Shown: one piece after another, positions 1 through 7,419 of the stretch
How the letters are laid out: every line of letters begins with the position of its first letter
Position numbering within the stretch: position 1 is the stretch's first letter
Origin: Anaerolineales bacterium
GTDB taxonomy: Bacteria > Chloroflexota > Anaerolineae > Anaerolineales > DRMV01
Direction: 5' to 3'
NCBI GenBank assembly: GCA_027019065.1
Contig: JALUXH010000192.1
Span: 1 to 43,164 of the forward strand
Length of the DNA: 43,164 nt
Translations under genes and position numbers: made by a program
Notes under the pieces: generated by a model
The model's database searches: none
What the model saw: only the letters and a program-made list of their open reading frames with translations
Told to the model about the DNA's origin: nothing

Positions 1-12
1 CCGTCCTCTCCC

Positions 13-747
13 ATGCGCCCTTTTCTCTCTATTGTCATCCCTGCTCACAACGAAGCCCGGCGGCTGCCCGCCACCTTGCGGAAAGTGCTTGCCTTTCTGG
101 CCGGGCAGCCTTATCGTGCCGAAATTGTGATTGTGGAAAACGGCTCTACCGACGAAACGCTGTCGCTGGCCCGCCGTTTTCAGGAAAGCCATCCGGACGT
201 GGTGCGTGTTTTCCACGAAGCGCGTCGGGGCAAAGGGCTGGCCGTGCGGCGCGGCATGTTGGAAGCGCAAGGCGATTACCGCTTTTTGGCCGATGCCGAC
301 CTTTCCATGCCCATCGGTGAACTGCCGCGCTTTTTGCCCCCCCGCCTGACGGGAGCCGATGTAGCCATCGCTTCGCGCGAACTGCCGGCTTCCCGCCGTG
401 TAGGAGAGCCGGCCTATCGGCACATTGTAGGACGGGCTTTCAACCTGATGGTGCAGGCGCTGGCGCTGCCCGGCTTCCGCGATACCCAATGTGGCTTCAA
501 ATGTTTCCGCGGCGCAGTGGCCGACGACCTTTTCCGACGGCAGACGCTGGAGGGCATGTCTTTTGATGTGGAAATCCTGTTCATTGCCCGTCGGCGGGGG
601 TATCGCATCGTGGAAGTGCCTGTCACCTGGTATTTTGACCCCGACAGCCGGGTGCGGCTGGTACACGATTCGTTGAAGATGGCCGTGGACTTGCTCACCA
701 TTCGCTGGCGGGCGTTGAAGGGGTGGTATGACGCGCCCGAAACCTGA
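13..747 (+). CDS. Family 2 glycosyltransferase (GT-A fold), polyprenol/dolichol-phosphate hexosyltransferase-like
   Basis: 244-aa ORF. It has the N-terminal SIVIPAHNE...VIVENGSTDET motif and a DAD (DxD) motif typical of GT2 enzymes. Its end overlaps the next gene by 20 nt. Confidence 0.85.
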   Translation: MRPFLSIVIPAHNEARRLPATLRKVLAFLAGQPYRAEIVIVENGSTDETLSLARRFQESHPDVVRVFHEARRGKGLAVRRGMLEAQGDYRFLADADLSMPIGELPRFLPPRLTGADVAIASRELPASRRVGEPAYRHIVGRAFNLMVQALALPGFRDTQCGFKCFRGAVADDLFRRQTLEGMSFDVEILFIARRRGYRIVEVPVTWYFDPDSRVRLVHDSLKMAVDLLTIRWRALKGWYDAPET

Positions 748-1345
748 TTTGCGCCTGGAACGTGCATTGTGGGAAAGCGGCTATCGCTACGTGGCCGGCA
801 TCGACGAGGCCGGTCGGGGGGCGCTTGCCGGGCCGGTTGCGGCGGGCGTGGTGGTGTTGCCTCCATTGCTGGAAGCCGAAGCCCTTGCCGGCGTGCGCGA
901 TTCCAAGCAGATGACCCCTGCCAGGCGTACTTTCTGGGCCCGCAAAGTGCAGGAAACCGCACTGGCCTGGGCGGTGGGTTACGCTTCGGCGGCGGAAGTT
1001 GATGCCTGGGGCATTATGCCGGCCCTTTACCTGGCAATCTGGCGGGCGCTCGCGTGGCTGCGGCCGCGGCCGGAATTCCTGTTGCTGGACTACCTGCGCC
1101 TGCCGGGATGCGCTTTGCCTCAGATGGGGGTGGTGCGGGGGGACCAACAGGTGTTGAGCATTGCGGCGGCGTCAGTGCTGGCGAAAACGCACCGCGACGC
1201 ATGGATGGCGAGGCTGGATGCCCGCTATCCGCATTATGGCCTGGCGCAACACAAGGGGTATGGCACCGCGCATCACCGCGCAGCCCTGAGGCAGCACGGT
1301 TTTTCCCCCGTGCATCGGCGCACCTTTACGGGGCGGCGCAAATAA
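728..1345 (+). CDS. rnhB: Ribonuclease HII
   Basis: 205-aa ORF with the GIDEAGRGALAGPV active-site motif and a HKGYGTAHH region characteristic of RNase HII. Confidence 0.9.
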   Translation: MTRPKPDLRLERALWESGYRYVAGIDEAGRGALAGPVAAGVVVLPPLLEAEALAGVRDSKQMTPARRTFWARKVQETALAWAVGYASAAEVDAWGIMPALYLAIWRALAWLRPRPEFLLLDYLRLPGCALPQMGVVRGDQQVLSIAAASVLAKTHRDAWMARLDARYPHYGLAQHKGYGTAHHRAALRQHGFSPVHRRTFTGRRK

Positions 1346-2554
1346 CTACGGCCCGCCACCGCCGCCTTCCAGCGGGGTTTTGCCGGAAGGATCCCACACA
1401 TAGACCGTATCGCCGAGATGCGCCCATTCGTATAGCCAGTGAGCGTCGGCAATGGTCAAATTGACACAGCCGTGCGACGTCCGGTAGCCGAAATAGTCAT
1501 GCCAGTAGGCTCCGTGCAGAGCGCGGCTTTCGTCGTAGTACATTGTCCAAGGCACATCGTCCAGCTGGTAATAATCGGAACGGTCGGCGCTGAACGCCCC
1601 GCGCATGCGGGTGCTGGTCAGTTTTTGATAGATATGGAACACGCCGGGCTTGGTCCAGAAGGGCGGACGGCCGCTGGAAACCAGCGTGGCAAACACCATT
1701 TGCCCGTGGTCGTACACGGCCAGGGTCTGTTCGTAAAGGTTGACTTCAATCCAGCGGTTGCCGCTGACGCCTTCCGGCGGGCTTTTGCGGGGGAAGACCA
1801 GCGCGACCAGCCGCTGTGGAATCCATTCATCCGGGGCAACCATGTACCATTTTATCCCGTTGGCTTCCCGGGTATCGTAAATCTGCACCATTTCGTAGCG
1901 CGAGAGGTGGTGGCGTGTGCTGTCTTTGGTGCCGTACCCCGGCGTGTGTTGGGTGTTGAGCGGCTGAAGCACCCAGCCGAAGGGGTGCGATGGTGTTTGG
2001 GTCAGCAGCACGCCGCGGAATTTGGAAGGCGCCACAGCCCACAGGTCGTTTTTTCGCATCCACCAGCCTTGGGGGTCTACCAGGTAGAAAAGCCGATTGT
2101 GGTAATAGGCCGCCTGGGTGTAAGAAACGTACACGAAGCCCGGCGGAAGCTGCCGTGCGCGGGTGCCTTCGGCGGCATCTTTCAGGCTGGGGTACACCGA
2201 CCGTCCGCGGTCGCGCAGCACCTGGGCGTAATGCCATTTGCCGGGGAGACTGTCCCACGAGGCGGGGAGCGGCCGGCCGGGAAAGGGCAGGGGAGGATAA
2301 GCGTACCCCAATGCCGCCATGCGGCTGAGATATGCCGAAGGCCCCCACGGTGCACAATCGGTGGCATAAGCACCAGGGTAAACGCCGGGTGGGCACAGCA
2401 CCGGCGCTGCGGCGTGTGGTGCAGGCAGGGGCGTGGGCGCGGGGGTTGCCGTGGACGCGGGGGGGGCTGCATGTGCCGCGGCGAAAGGCGGCAACACAAG
2501 GAAAAGAAAAGCCGTCCCCACCAGGGCGGCCATGATGCGGCAATGGGCTTTCAT
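1346..2554 (-). CDS. L,D-transpeptidase (YkuD-domain) with signal peptide
   Basis: 402-aa ORF. It has an N-terminal hydrophobic signal (MKAHCRIMAALVGTAFLFLVLPPFAAAHA), an Ala/Pro-rich spacer and the C-terminal YkuD catalytic motif SHGCVNL. Confidence 0.85.
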   Translation of the reverse strand: MKAHCRIMAALVGTAFLFLVLPPFAAAHAAPPASTATPAPTPLPAPHAAAPVLCPPGVYPGAYATDCAPWGPSAYLSRMAALGYAYPPLPFPGRPLPASWDSLPGKWHYAQVLRDRGRSVYPSLKDAAEGTRARQLPPGFVYVSYTQAAYYHNRLFYLVDPQGWWMRKNDLWAVAPSKFRGVLLTQTPSHPFGWVLQPLNTQHTPGYGTKDSTRHHLSRYEMVQIYDTREANGIKWYMVAPDEWIPQRLVALVFPRKSPPEGVSGNRWIEVNLYEQTLAVYDHGQMVFATLVSSGRPPFWTKPGVFHIYQKLTSTRMRGAFSADRSDYYQLDDVPWTMYYDESRALHGAYWHDYFGYRTSHGCVNLTIADAHWLYEWAHLGDTVYVWDPSGKTPLEGGGGGP

Positions 2555-2561
2555 GGCATGG

Positions 2562-2570
2562 ATTATATCA
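2562..2570 (-). promoter_or_regulatory. Extended -10 promoter element (TGATATAAT on minus strand) for the L,D-transpeptidase gene; geometry implies a leaderless mRNA
   Basis: Plus-strand attatatca is the reverse complement of TGATATAAT. Only 7 nt separate the hexamer from the ATG at 2554. Confidence 0.45.
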
Positions 2571-2648
2571 TGCGCCGGGTTGCATTCCCTGACTGCGGGG
2601 TGGGGGGCTGCGTCGCCATGCAGGGCTGCTTTCGCGTCGGCGTAAGCA

Positions 2649-3092
2649 TCAGGGGGCGGCGGGTGGAAAGCCGTCTTCTTCGGGCGGCACCACCCACAGG
2701 GCCAGGTCGGGATAACGCGCCACCATGCGCAATATCAGCCTGATGAGGTCATCTTTTTCCCATTGGGAAAGCATCGCTGCCAGTGGTGGTGCAGGGGCAA
2801 AGGCTTCCGGCCGGGTGTGCCAGAGCAGCAATACGGCGGCAACATGCTTGCAATGCCCCTCGCTGCCTGCCGGACACGTGCAGCGGGCGCGCAGAATATC
2901 CCCCGCTTCCCCCAGACGCACCCACACCTGATAGGGCAGCACGGCGCTTCCCTGGCAAAGGGCTTCCAGCACGCGCCCGTGTTGCCGCGGATGTTTTACC
3001 CTGCCTTCCCGCATATACGCCGCCCCGCGGCGGTAGGCGGTTTCCCCCACCCAGCGGCGGATTTCGGCTGCAAAACCCGTTTTCTTCTCCAT
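2649..3092 (-). CDS. SWIM zinc-finger domain protein (short, stand-alone)
   Basis: 147-aa ORF with a CxCx(n)CxH signature (CTCPAGSEGHCKH). Confidence 0.75.
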   Translation of the reverse strand: MEKKTGFAAEIRRWVGETAYRRGAAYMREGRVKHPRQHGRVLEALCQGSAVLPYQVWVRLGEAGDILRARCTCPAGSEGHCKHVAAVLLLWHTRPEAFAPAPPLAAMLSQWEKDDLIRLILRMVARYPDLALWVVPPEEDGFPPAAP

Positions 3093-3111
3093 CGCGCCCC
3101 TTCTCTTGAGG

Positions 3112-3413
3112 GTAACTGTTCATCCTGCCCGCGATGCGCACCCAGAAGCATAAAAAGAGGTTAACGCAAAGACGCAAAGGAAGGCAAATGGCGCAAAGAG
3201 CCATTCTGTGTTTTCTGTGCCAATCTGTGAAATCTGTGGATTCTCTGCCAGGGCTGAGCAGTTACCGGAAAAGACAGATTTTTTCTTTGCGTTCTTTGCC
3301 CTCTCTGCGCCTTCGCGTGACTTCCGCCGCCGATTCTCCCAGGGCTGAACAGCTACTCTTGAGGTTTGTTACTGCGCAATCTGCGGCTTTCCTCGCCGAG
3401 GCTGAATAGAGAC
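3112..3413. repeat. Intergenic mosaic repeat cluster A (K, S, inverted K' and T modules)
   Basis: 3161-3200 (aacgcaaagacgcaaagg...) is an imperfect inverted copy of 3279-3320 (ttttttctttgcgttctttgccctctctgcgcc). 3204-3244 is an S module (ctgtgttttctgtgccaatctgtgaaatctgtgg). 3372-3413 is a T module (ctgcgcaatctgcggctttcctcgccgaggctgaatagagac). All modules recur at 12638, 18792, 26503-26860 and 29207-29676. Confidence 0.85.
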
Positions 3414-3418
3414 TCGGG

Positions 3419-3424
3419 TACAAT
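3419..3424 (+). promoter_or_regulatory. Candidate -10 box (TACAAT) for the MFS transporter gene
   Basis: TACAAT lies about 45 nt upstream of the GGAGG-6nt-GTG start. No convincing -35 element. Confidence 0.3.
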
Positions 3425-3468
3425 ACTACCACCTTTTGCCGGTTTTGCCGCCCTTGCGGAGGTGCCGT

Positions 3469-4737
3469 GTGAACTGGTGGCGAGACAGAATGTTTCCCCG
3501 CTTCGCGCTTTACGGTTTCCTGAAGAACTTGCGCTTTTTTGAGCCTTTCCTGATTCTGTTCCTGCGTGATGCCGGGATGACCTTTACGCTGATCGGCACC
3601 CTGTATGCCATCCGCGACACGGCCACTTATTTGCTGGAAGTGCCTACCGGCGTGTTTGCCGACGCCGTCGGCCGCCGCAAGGCAATGTTGATGGCTTTCG
3701 GCGCGTACCTGGTGGCGTTTGCGGCTTTTTATGTCGGGCGGGGGTTTTGGTGGTTCGCACTGGCTATGGTGTTGTTTGCCGTGGGGGAAGCCTTCCGCTC
3801 CGGCACGCACAAGGCGCTGATTCTGGAATATCTCCAGCAGCAGCACATGGAGCATCTCAAGGTGACTTACTACGGGCACACGCGCTCGGCATCCCAGTTT
3901 GGCTCGGCGATTAACGCCCTGATTGCGGCCGGGCTGGCTTTTTATACCGGCAATTATCGGGTAATGTTCCTGGCGGCGGCGGTGCCCTATGTGCTGGATT
4001 TTATCAATCTGGCGAGTTATCCCCCTGAGCTGGATGGTGAACTTTCGCAACTTGCCTGGAAGGCGGTGGGGGAACACGCGCGGCAAACGCTGGCGGCCTT
4101 TGAGAGCGCATTGACCGACCGCCGCGCCTGGAAAGCCATCCTCAACAGCGCGAGTTTTATGGCTTTGTTCAAGGCCAGCAAAGATTACCTGCAGCCCATC
4201 CTTGCACAATGGGCGCTGGCGCTGCCCGTTTTTCTGGCTTACACGGGAAAGCAGCGCAGCGCGGTGGTGATCGGGGGGGTGTATTTTGTGATTTACCAGG
4301 GCACCAGTTACGCTGCCCGCCATGCCGACCGCTTCAGCCGGCGTTTCCGCAATCTGGAACGGGCCATCAACCTTTCTTTCCTCGGCGGGGCGGCGCTGCT
4401 TTTCTTTGCCGGGGTGACGACCTGGACCGGGTGGGAATTTGTGGCCGTGGCGGCTTTTCTGGGTTTCTACATTTTGCATAACCTGCGCCGCCCGATGAAC
4501 GTGGCTTACATCAGCGACCAGATTGAAAGCCGCGTGATGGCCTCCGGCCTTTCGGTGGAATCGGTCGTGCGCACGGTTTTGGCTTCCGGCATGGCGTTGC
4601 TGTTGGGTTGGTGGGCCGACCTTTTTGGTGTGGGGCCGGCTTTGGCTTTGCTGGCGCTTGTGCTGGCGGCGGCCTTCCCGCTGGTGCGGGTTGGGGCCGG
4701 GCAGAAAAGCGCCGCCGGCCTTAGCGGGAGACGCTGA
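3469..4737 (+). CDS. MFS transporter
   Basis: Long hydrophobic ORF with multiple predicted TM helices and the MFS motif A-like GVFADAVGRRK. The GTG at 3469 is preceded by GGAGG (3458-3462). Alternative starts are TTG 3436 and ATG 3490. Confidence 0.8.
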   Translation: MNWWRDRMFPRFALYGFLKNLRFFEPFLILFLRDAGMTFTLIGTLYAIRDTATYLLEVPTGVFADAVGRRKAMLMAFGAYLVAFAAFYVGRGFWWFALAMVLFAVGEAFRSGTHKALILEYLQQQHMEHLKVTYYGHTRSASQFGSAINALIAAGLAFYTGNYRVMFLAAAVPYVLDFINLASYPPELDGELSQLAWKAVGEHARQTLAAFESALTDRRAWKAILNSASFMALFKASKDYLQPILAQWALALPVFLAYTGKQRSAVVIGGVYFVIYQGTSYAARHADRFSRRFRNLERAINLSFLGGAALLFFAGVTTWTGWEFVAVAAFLGFYILHNLRRPMNVAYISDQIESRVMASGLSVESVVRTVLASGMALLLGWWADLFGVGPALALLALVLAAAFPLVRVGAGQKSAAGLSGRR

Positions 4738-7375
4738 TTTTGAGCACCTTGCCGCGGGCATCCATCGCCACCCGCATGAAATGGCGGTGCGTGATGCCCC
4801 CCGCAGCCACGCTTTTGCTGACCACGGCCACTTTACGGGCCACGCGCCTGTCTGCTGCCTTGCCTTTGGCTGCGGTTTCTATGGTGGCCTCGGCCAGCAG
4901 CACCTCAATGCCTTCATTGCCGGGAAGATACGCTTTCACCATGGCTTTGATGCGTTTGCTCATACGGGGCGGCAGAGTTTCAGCCACGGCCGCGCGTTCT
5001 TCGGCCAGCGGCGTTTTGAGCGGCGCTTTGGGGCGCAGCACCCCTTTGCCCCACAGGCGCGGCCCCGCGAACGGCCGGTATAGCGGGTCGCCGTAGAGCA
5101 CAAATGCCGTCAGGGTTTTCTGGTCTTCGCCGTCCAGGAAGCCGAACCGCCGGTGCATTTGGCGGGCGTAGAGATATTTGGCCTGCCGCAGGGCTTCTCC
5201 GACGGGAAGGCCGGCTTTGAGGCGCTGCCAGAAAAGCGCCCCCAGCAGGTCGGCGGCAGAGAGCGGGGGGCTTACGGCGCCGTAGGCCGTGACGGTAGAA
5301 CCCACAAAGGCGTGGCTGCCTGCATAGAGAAAGCGCAGGCACATGGCGCTGCCGGGGGTTTTGCCCTGGATGTGGGCGCCGTAGCAGGCTTCGGAGAAAA
5401 TCACGCGCGGGGCATGTTCCCGAGGGGGGATGTCTTCCGGCCGCAGCGCCACGGGGTAGTCGGGGGCGCCTGGCAGGGCATGCAGCGGGTCGCGCTGGCC
5501 GTACCAGGGGGCGGCGTCGGCCATGCCGTGCAGGTTGAAATAAGCCAGATCGGCCCGCGGCAAGGTGCCTAAGGCCTCGGTGTGCAGCGGGGGGGAAGCC
5601 AGCAGGGTGCGCGGCGCGCCGATTTCCCTGAGCACCGCGCGGGCGGCGTTGGCCCACACTTCTGCCGTATAGCCCAGATTGGGCCTGCGGCCGCGGCGCA
5701 GCAAAGGCAGCCGGGCGCGCAGGGCTTTCCACCAGCGGCGATACCACGCCACGGCCTGTTGGCGGGCGCGGTGCTCGGCGGTCATGCGGCGCAGTGCGCC
5801 GAGCAGCAGGGTGGCGTCGCCGTCGGCGCTGCCGGGCAGCCGTCCTACGGGCCATGTCGGGGCAAGGTAGTTTTCGTCAATGGCGCCGTAGGGGTTGTCG
5901 GAAGGCACGATGTCGTCTTCGTCTTCCAGCGGGTTGGGCAGGTGATGGAAGGGCACCACCTCCGGCCCGCCCACGATGAGCAGCGCGCCGATCATGCTGC
6001 CTTTTTGCCCTAACGCGGCATCCAGCGCCGCCAGCTGTTTTTTCAGCGCCCAGGGGTCCTCGGGCGTTACCGGCTTAATGCCGTGGGCGCGCGCCGAGGC
6101 GGTATCGTCGGCCAGCAGCACCACGGCTTCCCAATCGCGCCTGGTTTGCACGGCTTGCGCCAGGGCGCGCATGTGGCGCAGAATGATTTTGGCCGTATCC
6201 CGGCCGTAATGCTTTTCCAGCCCGCTGCGGGTGCTGAAAATCACATACACCGGAAAGCGCCCTTCCGCCTGGGCAAGGTGGGTCATTTTGAGGCGGCGGG
6301 CAGCCTGGAAGAGCACGCGCTCGGCGGCGCGGGCGCTGCGGCGAGAAGCCTCTCCGGCCCCGGCACGCGCGGCAGGAGGGCGTGCGGGAGCGGGGGATGG
6401 CGTCCCGTGCCCGGAAGGAGAAGATGCTGCTTCGGAGGCCTTCGGAGGGGCGGCCTCGGGCCCGAAAGCGGGCTTTTCCGGCGGAGGGGGCGCGGCGGCC
6501 GGAGCAGGTGCTGCGGAAGCCCCGCCGGCGGCCGGAGCCTCGGCCGGCGTGCTGCCCGAAGGATGCGAAGAAGCCGCACTCCCCCCGGGCAGGCGGTTGC
6601 GCCCCAGGGCAGCGGCCACGGCCGCCGGAAGAGGCATCTCCAGCAGCGCAGCCGGCGCTTTCGGCCACAGCGCCCAGTAGGGATGTTGGCCTCCCAGCAG
6701 GCGGCGCAGCACCTGCCCGCCCGGGTCGGCGGCTGCCACAGCGTGCAGCATGGCCACGCTTTCGGTTTCCTGCCCGCTTTCCGCCAGCTGGTGCGCCAGA
6801 ATCAGCCGGAAGGCCAACACCTCAGGCCAGCGTTGGTGATAGGTGCGCGCCAGGTGCAGGGTGGCAGCCCAGTCGCCTTGCGCCCACACCAGCCGCAGGT
6901 GCGCCACGGCAAGCAGGGGCAGATGCCCGTTGCCGGGCAGCGCCGGGAAAAGGGCGGCCTGGGCGGCTTCCAGATCGCCGCGCTGCAGGGCTTCGTAAGT
7001 CCGGCGGAGGGCTGTACCCCAGGCGGGCGGGGTGGTTCCGGCGGGCGGCGCGTCTAAAGCGGCCAGGGCTCCTGCAATTTCGGCGCGCAGATCAGGCGCG
7101 GCGGTGAGGGGCAGGGCGCGCAGCCGCAGCGCCTGTGCGGCGGCGTCTTCCGGGTCGGCAAGGGTGATTTCCGAAACGCGCCGGAAAGCGCCGGCGCGGT
7201 CGCCCATGCCCAGCAGGGCTTCCGCTTGCAGCCGCCGCACTTCCAGGTCGTGGGGCACCACGCGCAGATAGCGGTCGGCAGCCTGCCGGACAAAATCCCA
7301 GGCGCGCACGCTGAGGCCGGCGCGCAGCAGAAGAAGCCAGCGAGGACGGGGCAGCGGGTGGGAAAAGTTGCTCAT
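4721..7375 (-). CDS. TPR-like N-terminal domain + Ala/Pro-rich linker + gingipain/caspase-fold (clan CD, C25-like) cysteine peptidase domain; no signal peptide
   Basis: 884-aa ORF with GAGG-6nt-ATG at the start. Ordered motifs are LLIVGGPEVVPF, IVPSDNPYG, VGRLPG, YFNLHG (His616, nt 5528-5530), VIFSEACYG (Cys664, nt 5384-5386) and VLYGDP. Residues 262-350 are A/P/S low complexity. The family assignment is from motif memory, not a search. Confidence 0.7.
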   Translation of the reverse strand: MSNFSHPLPRPRWLLLLRAGLSVRAWDFVRQAADRYLRVVPHDLEVRRLQAEALLGMGDRAGAFRRVSEITLADPEDAAAQALRLRALPLTAAPDLRAEIAGALAALDAPPAGTTPPAWGTALRRTYEALQRGDLEAAQAALFPALPGNGHLPLLAVAHLRLVWAQGDWAATLHLARTYHQRWPEVLAFRLILAHQLAESGQETESVAMLHAVAAADPGGQVLRRLLGGQHPYWALWPKAPAALLEMPLPAAVAAALGRNRLPGGSAASSHPSGSTPAEAPAAGGASAAPAPAAAPPPPEKPAFGPEAAPPKASEAASSPSGHGTPSPAPARPPAARAGAGEASRRSARAAERVLFQAARRLKMTHLAQAEGRFPVYVIFSTRSGLEKHYGRDTAKIILRHMRALAQAVQTRRDWEAVVLLADDTASARAHGIKPVTPEDPWALKKQLAALDAALGQKGSMIGALLIVGGPEVVPFHHLPNPLEDEDDIVPSDNPYGAIDENYLAPTWPVGRLPGSADGDATLLLGALRRMTAEHRARQQAVAWYRRWWKALRARLPLLRRGRRPNLGYTAEVWANAARAVLREIGAPRTLLASPPLHTEALGTLPRADLAYFNLHGMADAAPWYGQRDPLHALPGAPDYPVALRPEDIPPREHAPRVIFSEACYGAHIQGKTPGSAMCLRFLYAGSHAFVGSTVTAYGAVSPPLSAADLLGALFWQRLKAGLPVGEALRQAKYLYARQMHRRFGFLDGEDQKTLTAFVLYGDPLYRPFAGPRLWGKGVLRPKAPLKTPLAEERAAVAETLPPRMSKRIKAMVKAYLPGNEGIEVLLAEATIETAAKGKAADRRVARKVAVVSKSVAAGGITHRHFMRVAMDARGKVLKISVSR

Positions 7376-7419
7376 GGAAGGCCTCGGGAAAACGGGGTGA
7401 GGGAACCGCGGCGGGCGGT

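Noticed and set aside
3134-3409. Small ORFs lying entirely in repeat clusters (3134-3409, 17822-18031, 17847-18035, 29211-29564, 26659-26844)
   Set aside because: Each is a translation of dispersed repeat DNA. The same peptides recur in different frames and strands (LAEAE, RRVAAFQSGA..HSKKR), and there is no RBS or coding periodicity.
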